In this document: positions 1 through 57,731 of the stretch, in pieces
Numbering within the stretch: the first letter of the stretch is position 1
Layout: the number at the start of each line of letters is the position of its first letter
Origin: Amoebidium appalachense
Taxonomy: Eukaryota; Protista; Ichthyosporea
Reading direction: 5' to 3'
DNA length: 64,000 bases
Assembly: GCA_963693365.1 (NCBI GenBank)
Contig: CAVNZM010000007.1
Location: 4,957,962-5,021,961 of the forward strand
Made by a program: the position numbers and the translations under genes
Notes under the pieces: model-generated
The model's database searches: none
What the model saw: the letters and a program-made list of their open reading frames with translations, nothing else
Told to the model about the DNA's origin: nothing

Positions 1-332
1 CCTACCACACACACAAACACGCACTTCATAATAATGTCTGTGTGAGCTCCCTTTTTGCAACCTCTGCATTTTAAGTCCGTTGTGAATGTCTACTATTTGC
101 AAAACGTTCATTGCAGCACATCCTCTCCCGCCCCCTCCCCCCCCCTGCCCCCCTGCCCCCTCTCCCCCCTTTCCTCCCATTCCTCCGGCTCTGTTCAAGT
201 GTCTTCTGCCTGCACACTTACATTGTTTGATGTCAGGTTTCTCGTTTTTGTGACATTTTGTTGAGGTCAGCTGGTGTCTCCTCCATATTTCAAGCCCTCT
301 AACGGATACGTCCCCCCCCTCCCCCCTTTCAG

Positions 333-6086
<5,754 letters not shown>

Positions 6087-6694
6087 AACACACACCATCA
6101 ACACACATTTATCTTGGCCAAAGGTATGCTATGTTGGTTTTTTATACCCTTTGTTGAGGTGTTTTGTCGTTTGAAGGTTTTGTGTTAGCCTTTGGTCACT
6201 GGATAGAAAGAGTCGAATGGCACTAGAATGGGTGGGTGTTTACCCCCAGGCAGAAAGTGAGGGGTGGGGACTGCACGAATGAACCTTATATATTACAGGA
6301 GGAAGACCTGTAATAAACAGCTCAGAAGTTTTGGTTTTGTGTGTGTGTCTTTTGGGTAGGGAGACAAAGCATTATCGAATTTGTCGCGATTTTTAGTTGT
6401 TTTGTGGGCCAAAAATAATGTGGGCCAGGCCATATTACGCCCGAGATATCACAGCATTGTGGTGCTGCAGTGGTAGCTGTGAATTTCAAAGCAATAGATA
6501 ATAAAATCCAGGCAAATATGCTGGGGCTGTGCCCAAAAGAGTCGACTCCCAGCAGAGAGTGGTGGTCCTGCCTAGGCCTGCAGTTTGTTTTTTTTCGGTT
6601 TTTTTTTTTTTTTTTTTTTTTTTTTGTTTGTTTGTTTGTTTGTTTGAATGCTTGGTTGGGTTGGGTGGGTACGTGGGTGCACCGGGGTGGGTGG

Positions 6695-6771
<77 letters not shown>

Positions 6772-8412
6772 GGGGGGGAGCCTCGAAAAGGGGGGGGGGG
6801 GGGGGGGGGGGGGATGGATTCAAGCTTTTTTCATCTAACTCTCCTGGTCTTTGAGAATGGTTTGAAGCCCTTCACGTATACAGCCTCAGCCACACAAATA
6901 AATGGAAATGCACGAGCTAAGAATGATTGTCACAGCCTTTCCCGGCCGGATCCATAAAAGCCTGGCATCTACGCTTTTGCGGCCGGGGTGTCACCTACGT
7001 TATGCACCCACCATTTTAGCCGATTCGGCAAGTCTTTTCAAGCTTGGCTTCATATTCGACGCCTATTTGGAAGTTCAAAAAGCCAGAGGGTCCCGGCCGC
7101 GGGTACACCAAATTTGCACGTATACATGCGGCAAGGCTTGACTCAAGTAGTGATCATCGCCGGATGGTCACCTCAGTGGCTTGCATGCATGCCTGAGGCC
7201 ATTGGCAACCCACTAAGAATGGAGGTGGTGCAAGATCTTGGCTGGACTGTGCCTTGCTGGTTTGAAATAACCTGTCTTACTAACTTAGGTCGGGTACACT
7301 ACGACAAACTTTCTTGCTACAGCTCTTGGGCGACATCTGCCAGTCTACATACGTGTTGCCTCGTGCACGTGGTGCCACCGCACACCTGCAGCTCTCTCAC
7401 CGGCTCGGTCGCTTCGAAACTGGAAGTTTTTTGTTTTTTCGAATTTTTTGAAATTCGAATTGGGTCTAAAGGCAAATGATTGGTCAACAGAGGCAGATGG
7501 CGCGGAAACGTGATATCTCCCCCAATTTGGGGTGTTTTGAATTTTGCTCCGATATGGATTTGATGTATATTTCTGAATACATACTTCAGTTTTTTCTAAG
7601 GATTTATGCACAATTCACTCATATGAGACCATCTCAAATTTTTAGAGGCTTTATAGGAGCTATTATACCGTTATAATATGGCTTCTAACTGCTTGAAAGT
7701 CTGTTTCTATCAGAGCCGTATTTGAAAACAAATCCAAGGGGTATATTGTGTTAGGGAGAAATTGTTGTTCAGAGTACTTTCCATATATGGAAACTTCATT
7801 TCCCATGTATTCTGATTGGTTTCTTCTCACATATTTGACTCACTGAGCAGTGAGTTTGAACTTCGTTTTCCGGCGAGCCCAAATGAGTTGCTGCCCAGAA
7901 GACGAGGTCTCGTTTCGTTGGTTGACTCTGTTCTTAGTAACTTTCCCCTTCCGAACCTAGACTTCAGGGTATCCGAAGGAAAAGAAAAACGAGATTGAAA
8001 AAGGCAAAAGAAAAGGAAATGGTCCACATCTATCTGTGTCCTGACACTCCCGAAGCCTCAGTTCTCTAGTTCCTTGTGTGCACTTTCCAAGGGTTGGGAC
8101 CAGAACGTTTTGACACCAACTAAAACGGATCATAAGGGGAAGGGTGACAGAGGAGGAGGAAGAGTTGAATACACAGTGCAAATGAAGTCACAAATCTCAC
8201 CCCATACCTATAATTTCACATAGTTCCATAATCCTGGGGTGGGCACAGAGTGGATCTTGTTGTCCCAGCTCGTGACAGTCCACTTCTCACATAATCAGGC
8301 TTACAGGCCGTGCACCTTAATTAGAACAGCCCAGAAGTACAGGGTCCCTTTCTGTGAACGGTCAAGCTTACCCATCACGCACAAGCTCGCGGCTGCAGGC
8401 CAACTAATAATC

Positions 8413-27738
<19,326 letters not shown>

Positions 27739-28294
27739 GGCCATCGAGGTCAAAGGTGCCATTTTGGCACTATATGCCAAGAAGTTTCCCCTCGTGAGTA
27801 GCGCTGTTGTCGTAAAACATGACATGGGCATTTGCTTTTTTAATTCCAATGGTCATGTTTGCTTTGCTTCTCTGCCAGGTTTTTTTTTTGTTTTTTCCTC
27901 CTTTTTCTGTTTTCCGTTTTTTTCATTCCTTCCTGTTCTTCGGTCTTTTTTAGGTCTCTCCAAGTTATTTGTTTGTTCGCTTGCTTGCTTGTATGTATCT
28001 GCGCTTGAATGTTTGTTGTTTATATAGACGAATGTATAGATGCTTGTTTGTTGTTTGCAATTTCCATTCTTTTTTTATTTTATTTTTTTGCATGCTTGTT
28101 TGTTGTGTTTGCTAGTTTGTTATGGCAACTTGCGCTTAAGGCCTCGTCTCTGGAGTGCATGTATGCGGTTGAGCCCCCTCCCTCATTCAAAAAGAAAGGG
28201 TGGAGACAAGGAAGAGGAGGAGGAGAAAAAGATAGAAAAGAATGAATGGTAATAAAAAGAAAGGTAAACAAAAAAGACTTCGTCTGTGTGTGTT

Positions 28295-28332
<38 letters not shown>

Positions 28333-28629
28333 TAAAACAAATATCGAAAGAACTGCCTGAATAAATTCAAACCTTAAAGAACATGATCCAAGTTATAACA
28401 TGTGGCAATACATCCTTGTAAAATTGTTCTCTACGGTGCCGTTTCCAATTGATGTCTACTATATATACATTTCAGCTTGAGACATATAGTACTTGCCGGT
28501 GCCTTTAGAAATAAATCCGTGCATACTATTAGCCCTCTTTTGTTCTCCCGAAGTCAGAATAGGCCAGATTTGAGACCATGAAACATGTCAATATAAGCGG
28601 ACCAAATGGCCCAATGCAAAGATGTAAAA

Positions 28630-28691
<62 letters not shown>

Positions 28692-28974
28692 GTGACACAC
28701 ACACACACACGTCTCTATTTGTGTGCCAGGAAAAGAATCATGTTTCTAAGCATCCACACCTGTTATGAGCACATGATATGTGCTGGTTTTGGCGACCGTG
28801 GCCAGGTTCTGAGTTATTAGGCAGACACCCGCAAGAGACAGAAAAGAATACTCGACACCGGTGTTTTTGATGTTTTTCAGAAACAGAAAACATATTTGAT
28901 ATTGGGGTTTACGATGTTTACTCGAAAAATCACAACATATTAGACACATTTTACTATAACACAATTTGAAAGGT

Positions 28975-29174
28975 ATAGTATAAGTATTCGGCGAGATATA
29001 CTTATACTATGTATACTTTTTGATGTGGTCAATTTTACCGTACCACTTTTTGTTTAGTATATAAAAAGTATATCGCGAACAGCCGACCCGATCTTGGTGT
29101 GCTTTCGATGCGTTCGCATCCGATCAAATTTGATCCGGCCCACGGCCATCTAGAAACACCCTAGATGGCCGTGG
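28975..29174. other. Cluster of five perfect inverted repeats/palindromes in a convergent intergenic region
   Basis: 13-bp stem 28975-28987/28998-29010; 10-bp IR 29012-29021/29063-29072; gatgcg-tt-cgcatc 29107-29120; 14-bp palindrome gatcaaatttgatc 29122-29135; 14-bp stem 29140-29153/29161-29174. Confidence 0.8.
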
Positions 29175-29930
29175 TACATAGTTGCCTGAATTATTCGAAA
29201 TACTAGTGGGTTCATCATTTTTATGGCCATGCCACATGTAAAGTTTACGGTAACCAAGGCCGATCATGCATGCCCAAACGTCGGTGTCTCACTGTATGTG
29301 ACACTGTCACAGTAGGTACATGCCCATCTCTTGCTAGCTCACATACACTAAAGAAAAAGGGAGAACGAGAGAGCACCGGACCCAGAGAGCTCGAGAGAGC
29401 TCGAGAAAGAAAGAGAGAGAGAGAGAGGGAACAGGAGGGAGGGAAGCTATCCTGGGACAGAGAGTGTGTGTGTGTGACTGTGTGTGTGCGTGAGTGTGAG
29501 TCTGCGTGTGGTTGTGCATGTGCGTCTGTGTGTGCACATGCGCACGCGCATGTGGGCATGCGTGTGTGTGTGTGTGCGAGTACGCGCCACACTACTCTAA
29601 TGTGCCGCGGTCTGTGTGTGGGGTGTGTCCGCCCTCACAATCTAAAAAGTTGTCGTGCAACTCGGCGGCCAAATACAGTCTAACATAGTTTACGGTAAAC
29701 CCGCACACGAACCACTTAAAGTTTCTTTCCCACATGCAAAAGACACTGAAAGCACACTCATTTAAAACGTCTATTTCTCCGCCCAAGTACACTGTGAAAA
29801 TTGTCTAGATGGATTACGCCATATGGCAAACGGATATAACTGTAAAAAAATCTATTTTATCAAACCACGATAATTTGCCTAAACAAATATCTTCACGCGG
29901 GCGATTCGTACACGTGACTATGGACCAATA

Positions 29931-37868
<7,938 letters not shown>

Positions 37869-38566
37869 TTTTCCAGGCTCTCTCCTCTCGAGAAATGATG
37901 TGCTGGTGTAGGGATGTGGGAGATCCGTCGGGGCACAACAAGAAGGTGTGGCTGTGTGAAAAAGTCTACTTAGGTGAGGGTGTAGGGAGAGGCACGGGCA
38001 CTGAGAGTGAGGTTGCTATGTGTATACCAATTTGGAATGAACAGGCGACTATGAGGAAAATACAGCGACAATAACTAAACATGTGATTCTAGATTTTCCG
38101 AAAAGGATTCGTTCATGTGAAGTTCAACTGTTGGCCACTGAGAAAAATTTTTTTTTGGCCGGCGTTTCAGAGCTAAAATTGACACGGGATGTGTATTGAT
38201 GACGAATCTGTACATATATGGCTTATCTAATCAAATGACGTCACACTGACTCCATAGCATTACGTCATGAGCTGTGGTGCCGGCAGTTCAAATCTCACAC
38301 ATGCCGCTCAGTTCACCAAAAAAAAAACGTCTCAGCTGCAGCACAAACTTCAAACGGAGGCTTCAGGCACTGCGGAATCCGCGCTTTTTTCCCTCTTCAA
38401 CAGCGTGTATTTTTTTGCCACGTATTTTTTGGGTTTGGCACGCTATTACCCTATTCCCAGGTTATACCTTTTCGACCCCTCCTGTTTTTGTTTAGACAAC
38501 TTACACTCAGTCTTGTATGATCTCTCTAGGCACATCTTCTCCCATCCACTTCAAAAACCAGCTACC
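37869..38566. promoter_or_regulatory. Putative bidirectional promoter of VPS29/AKTIP with CRE-like sites
   Basis: About 700 bp free of microsatellites between divergent ATGs; TGACGTCA at 38236-38243 and TTACGTCA at 38260-38267. Confidence 0.55.
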
Positions 38567-39463
38567 ATGTTCACAACATCGAAGCGAGCGCCGTCGCCTT
38601 CCAGCGGCATAGCCACACCGGAACATAGCGTCTCGCGCACAGGCTCTAATCATTCCTCCGCCAGCCAGCACCAACACACGCGCCCTAGCAGCAGGCAGGA
38701 GAGGGAGCGAGAGCGAGACAAAAACATCGCACCCTTTTTGCCCTTTTACAATGAGTTTACTTTTCTGCTTGAGTATCAAGAACTTCAGAAGAACAGACCG
38801 GCAGGGGTATACGTTCTCCCCTCCATGGAAACACCGCAAACATGGCACGGGGTAATCTTTGTGAGGGACGGCCCTTACGCAGAAGGCATTTTCAAGTTTG
38901 ACCTCTACATCCCAAACAACTTCCCCTCCGAGGAATGCCCCACGGTTCAGTTCACGACGCCAGTTTTCCATCCGGCGGTGGATCCAAACACGGGGCTTGT
39001 GGAGCTCTCACTTGCTTTTCCCGTTTGGCACAAGAAGCATCATCTATGGCATATTGTGGGGCACGTAAAGAGCCTTTTCGAACCCACAAACATCAACACG
39101 TTGGCAAAGTTCAACCCCGAAGCTGCGTTTCTTTTTGACACAGACAGAGATGCGTTTTTGACAAAGGTAGCAGAGAGCGTCAGGGAGTCTGTTGATAACG
39201 TTTATGAAACGCGGGCAGGGAAAGCGGGTATCCAGTTTGAACCATGGAACCAGGAACTATATGGACCCACCCTGAGGGCGCTTTTAAACGGAAGCAGGCC
39301 AACATATACATCGGCAGCGAACATGGCTGTGATGGGAGGAAATGGAGTGGATGGGACGCAGAGGAACAACGAGGAAACAGGCGGGAAACAGCAGGCAGCG
39401 GTGTCGATTGTGAGCATGAGCATGAGGAGGGACGATAAGAAGGGGGATGTAAAGACCGTGTGA
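38567..39463 (+). CDS. AKTIP: AKT-interacting protein / Ft1 / crossbronx-like inactive ubiquitin-conjugating enzyme variant, intronless CDS, 298 aa
   Basis: PFYNEFTFLLEY..LQKNRPAGVYVLPS...WHGVIFVRDGPYAEGIFKF..YIPNNFP...VFHPAVDPNTGLVEL..AFPVW...HHLWHIV...NPEAAFLF. UBC fold without the catalytic Cys. Start chosen at accATG 38567; the ORF is open from 38267. Confidence 0.9.
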   Translation: MFTTSKRAPSPSSGIATPEHSVSRTGSNHSSASQHQHTRPSSRQERERERDKNIAPFLPFYNEFTFLLEYQELQKNRPAGVYVLPSMETPQTWHGVIFVRDGPYAEGIFKFDLYIPNNFPSEECPTVQFTTPVFHPAVDPNTGLVELSLAFPVWHKKHHLWHIVGHVKSLFEPTNINTLAKFNPEAAFLFDTDRDAFLTKVAESVRESVDNVYETRAGKAGIQFEPWNQELYGPTLRALLNGSRPTYTSAANMAVMGGNGVDGTQRNNEETGGKQQAAVSIVSMSMRRDDKKGDVKTV

Positions 39464-39871
39464 GGGTATGTGGGGGGTGAGTGAGAGGGAGAGCGGAAGG
39501 GGGGGGAGGGGGGAGGTGGGGGAGGGAGGGGAGGGGGGAGGAAGGAGACATGGTTTATGGGTGATTGCAGTGGGTAGCGGATGAGCGGTGCAATAGGTGA
39601 GCTGAAACAGTCTGGTGGGGTGTATGGGAGAGAGGTATTGGGTATTGTGTTGACATGGGCAGCAGGCGGTGATCCCAGTATGGTTGTTCTTCTTTCATTT
39701 TCTCTATTTTTTTTTTGGGTTTCCATGGGGCATGCTGTGTGTAAGGGGGGGGGGGGGGGGGGAAAGAGGGGGGGAGGGGGGGGGGGCGGGTGGCCAAGAT
39801 TGCTGCAAAGAGAAGGCAGAGAGACAGAGGTTGGGTGGTGGTTGCGTGCCTCTTTTTTTTTTGGGGTGTGT

Positions 39872-39918
<47 letters not shown>

Positions 39919-39991
39919 CGGGCTTTTTGAAAGATCTGGGTTAGAGGTGGTATAGTGTGGGGTGTGGGGGGGGTGTTTTCGTTCGGGGCCC

Positions 39992-40025
<34 letters not shown>

Positions 40026-40200
40026 CGGCAGGGGGGGGGGGAGGAAGACACCGGTCACTGCTCCTTCTGTAGGGAACAGTGATAAGGAAAAGGTTGTCGT
40101 TTCACACTCCCTGATGAAATGATTTAGGTTAAGGTGGTGAAAGGCTTTAAATGATTTGGTTTGAGGTCCCTGGACGTAATTTTTTCCTTCTCTTCTTTTG

Positions 40201-40236
<36 letters not shown>

Positions 40237-40594
40237 GGGGGGGGGGGCACGGGCTGTAGGTCACGAATGAATGCCTCTTGGTCGTTTTCGTTTCGGTGTC
40301 TTTCTTCTTCTTCCTTTTTCCCAACCCATTCTGTTAGAACCCGCACGTTTTAGCCCTTTCCATTCGTTGAAGGATTGCTAGAATTGCGTTGTGTGGTTGC
40401 GGCGGCTTCACATTTTAATAGGTATGAAGGTCTGAATAGGATGTAAGAAGTCAAATGAGGAAAGATACGTATATGTATAAGCACATAATAGAAGCATTGC
40501 ACCAAGAGGAATGCAATGTAGATGGTATCATAACCGAAGTGTTGGAAATAGACTGATGCTGAAGTAGTGGTGTGGTGGGCTGAATAACGTGAGC

Positions 40595-40661
<67 letters not shown>

Positions 40662-41412
40662 GAGGGAGTGGAGGGAGGGGGGGGGGGGGGGGGGGGATTA
40701 TTCACATGTGTGCGTGTGTGAGTTGTGCGTGCAGGCGCCCGTGTGTCTGGGCGTCGGTGTATTGCGGGCTTGCTCTTTTTTTTTTCTTGTGGAGGGGTAG
40801 GGTTGAGGGTCTGTGTGTGTATGTCTGTGTGTGTAAATTGTGTTTTTTTATTTTTTATTGTGTGTGTATGTGTGTGTGTGTGTGTGACACTGTGTGTGCG
40901 TGTGCGCCTGTGCTGCGTACGCGCGCTCGCGCAAGTGCTCATGTGCCACGTCGGGGGTTGTGTACGTGCAGGCATCCGTGTGTTGCCGGGAACAGAGTGG
41001 TTTGGCCCTTGTGACTATGTTTGTGTGCTTGTGGTGTGTGTGTGCGTGTATGCAGGCCCGTGTGTGTACCGTACTCTGTGTGTCTGTGCTTGTGTGCATG
41101 TGTGCGGTCACGCGCAAGCCTGGTGTGTGTGTGTGTGTGTGTGTGGAACTTGTGTACATGCAGGCATCTACTGCGCATGCATGTACACAAGAATGTGCGT
41201 GTGCGCAAGCACGATTACATGTACACGTGCACTTGCTGAGGCTCGCTGACTCCTGCACAGAACCCAAATTTCAAGGAGTGTGTGTGTGTATGCGTGGTAC
41301 TGAGGCTGTGACCGTCTGTGTACACACCTGTGCTGCACAAATGCATATGTGTACCGTGAAAGTGGTGTAATTACTATAGTGCAACGGTGTGCATGTACAC
41401 ATGGTGTGTGTG

Positions 41413-41443
<31 letters not shown>

Positions 41444-41783
41444 TTGTGTGCGCGTGTGCGTGAGTGTGTTTGGGGGTGGGGGGGGGGGCTGCACATGCGC
41501 ATTTGATTATTGAGTCTGTACCCACATGAGGGCATGTCACTGCGAAAGAAATCAATCATACTACGATATGTGTTCAATGAATCATGCAAGCTGCCATCTC
41601 CATTATACTTCAATATTGGTACCGGGGGCCTGCCCCTATACCATCATTATCACCTCCTAGATAACCGTACGATCAATATCCTGTGAGAACTCGGATCAAG
41701 ATACGTTGATTTCCATGCCAGCATTTCTAGAATCCTATGCAAAAGTTTTAAGGGCAATTCCCAATATCCACATATGGAGGTAG

Positions 41784-41831
<48 letters not shown>

Positions 41832-41915
41832 CCTCCCCCGGGGGTAAAACGTGTATCAACCGCCTACAATTGCAAAGTGGGCCATCCCACACCGACATTC
41901 TATATTTAGCACAGT

Positions 41916-52301
<10,386 letters not shown>

Positions 52302-53218
52302 TTTCCCTCTTCTAGCAACGACTGGAGAGGCCTGTGTAAGAAGTAGTGGAACGAAGAAACGATGACCCTATTGAAGGTATAACAGGCAACCAAAACGACT
52401 ATGTAGGATGTGTTATGTTGTTATGCCGGAGATTGTACACGTGGTTTTTGGAACTGTTGCAAGTTTATCTCCTCGAAACCTTCGGTCTTAAGAAAACTCG
52501 TGAGCAATTCAAGTGAACACGAACGTCGACAGAACACGCACAGCCACACATAAGCAAACTGAGCCTGTCAGCTGTGTGTTGTGTACATGTGCAATTTTCA
52601 AGGGCCCGGAAGCGCCAACCTCCCGACTGGAATGACCATGGCAAAATCGTGAACTGAAAGAGCCCACCGAAAGAATTTTCCAACCCACAAATCAAACTAA
52701 AACCCCCCTTTATAAAGGCACATTTTCATTGTAAGGCATGTAAATTCGACCACATCCGGTCGTGATCACCAGCTTTCAGTTCAGTCCAGCAAATTGCAGA
52801 CATTACACAGAGTAGACTTATGTTGTAAGAGCGCGTTTTGGTGTGGTGTGTTTTGGTGAACTTTTGATGATAAGCAGCATTGGCATAGGTATTTACTGCA
52901 CGTCGCGCGGTTGCCACAGAGCAAGTGCCATAAATCAAACGTAACCCCTGGCAGACCTCTCTTCGTGAACGAGTTCATCTGTTCGGGTTACGTTTCTACT
53001 TTTCCAGCCGATACACATAAGTGCTCACTCTTGCACGCATTGGTTTTTCCCTTTGACTCAAAAACTCGCTGAAGCGCCTTCCCGTTGAACTTACTCAATC
53101 AATTTCGTGAGTTTTTATTGGCCTGAGGGTCGGGTTCTGTGAGTTCCTGTAAGTTCCTGGTTCTGTCAGGTTATTTCACCAATTCAAGCGATTAGTTTCT
53201 GTTAACTCGTTAGCAAAC
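52302..53218. promoter_or_regulatory. Putative bidirectional promoter region of WDR4/PPP1R11
   Basis: About 900 bp free of microsatellites between divergent start codons. Confidence 0.45.
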
Positions 53219-53332
53219 ATGAGTGCTCCGACGGCTCAAGCATCGGCGCCCACCAGCACAACGACCACGGTGGTGGTAGAGCCAGCTACGGAGGCACCAC
53301 CTGCTCCGGTGAGTGTCTGTGGACGTGCATGC

Positions 53333-53367
<35 letters not shown>

Positions 53368-53372
53368 CGTGC

Positions 53373-53439
<67 letters not shown>

Positions 53440-53886
53440 CATGTGCATGCTTCTGTGCACGGCTCCTGTTTGCTTGTGGGCGTGCGTGTTTTTTTCCGTG
53501 GTTGTGTGTGCGTGTGTAGTTCTACGCTTTGGTTTCTACATCCGTGTCCTGGCCCTGTGTATGCTGGTAGATTCGTGTAAATGCAGTTTCGTTTTTACTG
53601 TAGCCTTTTTTGGATAGGTGCTTCAGTCTTCAGGTGTGTGCATGGGTTCTGGAGGTGTGTACATAAAGAATGGCACTGTTGTGCATAGACACTCGGCTGT
53701 GCGCGTGCCGTGCATCTGTCTGTGTGAGCACATGCTTGTGGGCTGGCCGTGTGTTCTGAAAAAGTGTGTGTGTGCATGTGTGTGCGTGTGTGTGTACGTA
53801 CGTGCGTGCTGCGTGCGTGCGTGCGTGTTTGCGTGCGGACGGGCGGGCGGGTGGGCGAGCGGGCTTGCGGGCATGCATGTGGGTGG

Positions 53887-53924
<38 letters not shown>

Positions 53925-53927
53925 TGT

Positions 53928-53980
<53 letters not shown>

Positions 53981-54049
53981 TGTGTGTGTGCACGCGCACA
54001 CGCACACACATTCGCGCGAATGTGTGTGTCTGTGTTTACAATTTGTATA

Positions 54050-54093
<44 letters not shown>

Positions 54094-54099
54094 TGTGTG

Positions 54100-54155
<56 letters not shown>

Positions 54156-54511
54156 TGTGTGTGTGTGTGTGCGCGCGCGCGCGCACATTCGCGCGAATCT
54201 GTACGCGCGCGCGCGTGTGTGTGGTGTGTGTATGTGTGTATGTGTGAACTTACTTGTATGTGGGTGGGTGGGTGGATGTTGTGGGTATGGGTGTGCATCT
54301 TCGTTGGACTTTGCCTGGTTTGCTGTCTGACTGTACGTGTCACCCGGTTCCCTATAAGGGGGCATGTCACGTTCTTGAGGGAAGAAGGATATAAGTGTGA
54401 CATTAGTACATGTCGACAAATTAAAATGATAGCTGGCCTAGGCTTCAGTGGCAAGGCGAATATGTGCACACGGGTAGGGAGGTGGGGGGAGGGGGAGGGG
54501 GGGGGAAGGGG

Positions 54512-54544
<33 letters not shown>

Positions 54545-54833
54545 GGGATGTGAGAAGAAGGTGCTTTGTGCTAGGGAAAGGAAAGCCGTGACCCAATACA
54601 CACGATGTATTCACGCCAGCTAAAAATAGGTGTTTGCTCCTAAAATAGGAGTGCATGCTAACAGTCTGGCTTGTGTGCCCCTTGCAGACCTACCAGATCC
54701 GCCTAGCCACCCCCCAGACCGAGCCCCGTCGTGTCTCCTTCACCAACGATACGGTGGATAACGAGCACATGGGGAAGAAGAAGTCGAAGAGTGAGTGGAA
54801 CCCCCCTCCCCCCCCCCCCCCCCCCCCCCCCTC

Positions 54834-54864
<31 letters not shown>

Positions 54865-55253
54865 AAAAAAAAAAAAAGGAAGAAGAAGAAGAAGAAGGAA
54901 AGGAAGAAGAAAATGAATGGAAGGGGGATATGCACATATTGTTTTTGGACTCGTTCAACACTCATCCCTTTTTTGGCCCTACATTCACAGCACATGTTGT
55001 GCTTGTATAGTGCTGCATATATGCTGACAGGGATACGGGAGACATACAGCGAGAGAGTGTGCGTGTAGGTGAGCGAGTGTGAAAGTGAGATGTATGCAAG
55101 TACGCAGCAGATGCATACCCGTGGGGTGACACATGCCATCGGAATGCATATTAATATGCACACGCGCTTACAATCTTGCGCACGCACGCACTGCATGCGC
55201 GCCCATACACCCACATAACACTCGCGGGCAGCATGCGTGCGCGCTCCTGCGTA

Positions 55254-55326
<73 letters not shown>

Positions 55327-55584
55327 CCACCCCCACCCCCCCCCCCCCCCCACCCCCCACCATCACCGTCCCCACCTCCCCTTTCATTCTTGTTGTTGGT
55401 CTTCTTTTTTCTTTTTCTCCCTGCTCTCCTGACATTGTTTCCGCTGTATTTCACAGTGTGTTGTATTTTCAAGAAGCAGCGTGCATTTGGGGAGAGCTCT
55501 TCAGACGATAGCAGCTGTGACGAGGGCGACCACAGCCACCACCACCACGGCAACGACTATGAGCCACGCAAGCGCAGTGCATAG
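53219..55584 (+). CDS. PPP1R11: Protein phosphatase 1 inhibitor-3 (PPP1R11/Ypi1), 3 exons
   Basis: Exons 53219-53308, 54688-54790, 55457-55584: ...[40 protein letters not shown]...; contains the RVxF motif and the [17 protein letters not shown] signature. Confidence 0.95.
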
Positions 55585-56478
55585 CAGACTGTGCGTGCAC
55601 ACGGATTAATCTACACACATGCATGCACTTACAGATAAACGCTCGTGCAAGCATATGCATGTACAGGAACCGTATAGGACACACACAGGATTATCACAAC
55701 CTGTCAAGGAGTTGCGTGCCAGACACACATATGCCTGTGCGGGCGTGTACATGCATTACTTTATCCGCATTGGAGCTAAGCCTTGTGTTGGTGGCACGGG
55801 CACAGGATAAGAAGCATTTGTATGTCTGCCGTTGCGGTATGATTTTCTTTATGTGTTGAGATATTTTCACACTTTTAAAATTTTATTTTCAGTCTTTTTT
55901 AAAGATGTACATCTTATTTTTTTTTTATCGTTTTACGTCTCCTTTTTCCCTGCATGCCTCCAGGAATGGAGAAGACTAGAGTAGTACTACATTGCATGGG
56001 TACGAGTGTAATCAGAAGTGATAGGGGTATCCTATTCGGTAAGGTATATGTCGTACCAGGTGATGTGCCGACATTTGCACATTTTTCAGCCTGCTGTGGA
56101 GTATATTTATATTGGCGTGCATATTTGATAGGTCGGAGTTTAGGGTCACCATATTTGAAGCCAAGCACAGTATACTATAAGGCCAATTTTCTCTCGTGTG
56201 CATGCTATGTGTGCATCTCGTGTACATGCTGTTTTGTACAAGTTCCGTTAGGTGAAGGTATTGTTTGGGCTAGACACGTATGAATGCCAGTTATGTGGAG
56301 GAGCCACACAGACAGTTCGTTGATGGATGCTCAGTGAGGCTCCACGAATAATCAGTGTTGCACATGCATGCTGCAAGGTGCAGAGGCCCACTGCCAGCCC
56401 TCCCCCCCCCCCCCCCCCCCCAAAAAAAAAAAAAAAAAAAAAACCCACACACAACCACCATCACCACCACACACACGT

Positions 56479-56627
<149 letters not shown>

Positions 56628-56970
56628 ACACACACATACTCACACACACATAGACACACACATAGACACACACACACACACACAAGCACAAATCGTACAC
56701 ACCGTGGCACACATGTCCACATACACACACACACCCCCAGAACACACACACACACCATGGCAATGGCCACCACCCACCACAACCCACTTTCTCCCCATAT
56801 GTAGTCTTAACGTTCCGATGTGCATTGCAACTAATATAGTGACATATCAAGTCGCGGCGTTGACTGGTGTGCCCTCAAAGCTTTCCCCAGTACGATCAAT
56901 AGCTTGCAGCATGCCATCGTTGTAATATGCTTTCTGGTGTGTGTGCCATGCCGTTTGTGCATGATGGGGC

Positions 56971-57006
<36 letters not shown>

Positions 57007-57731
57007 TTGTATGGCCGATTACGCGATGGCAGAAGGTTGGCAGTGAGTCTTCGTAAGACATCTTGGTCATGTGTCGAGCCAAAAATGTACATGCATATCC
57101 ATATCAGCAGAGAACGAACTTGATTCCCGCTCACACATGCACATGACAGTTGTTTAATTTTTGTTAACATTATTCGTTCCAAGTTTCAGGATAGGTGCTG
57201 GTGCGGTGATTCAAACGAGATCTAGAGATTTAGAAAAGAACATATTCGTATTGGATTATGACAATAGATGCATCTCAAGGGGGTTTGAATTTACATCGGT
57301 GGGTGCCCTTAGGCATTTTCCTATGGCTGCATGAAGTATGTACATCATATTGGGATTATAGATTCGCAAAACGATTTGCCTGCCAGGAATATGCCCAGAC
57401 GGTAAACATGCTTAAACAGCAACATTGTTGAGCACTCAGTCAAACTTGTGCATGGTTTGATGTGTGTGAGTGTGTGTGTGCGTGTGCGTGCGTGCATGCG
57501 CGCTAAGTCCGGAGGCATGCTGCAATTCACACCACGGGTGCATGCCTGTGTTCGCATGTTCTTTTCACGTCCAATATGTGTGCGTAAATGTAGTCATACT
57601 GTGCTGTAACACAACGGCCCACACAAACACACCTCTCATTTGCACATATCATTAAACTTTGAACCTGCGATCCCCACATTTCTCACACCCACCACACACC
57701 ATCTGACTCATGACTACACACAGGCAACCAC

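Noticed and set aside
6902-7479. ORFs in the VPS53-FAR intergenic region
   Set aside because: No recognisable motifs or exon chain; possibly degenerate TE sequence but unsupported.
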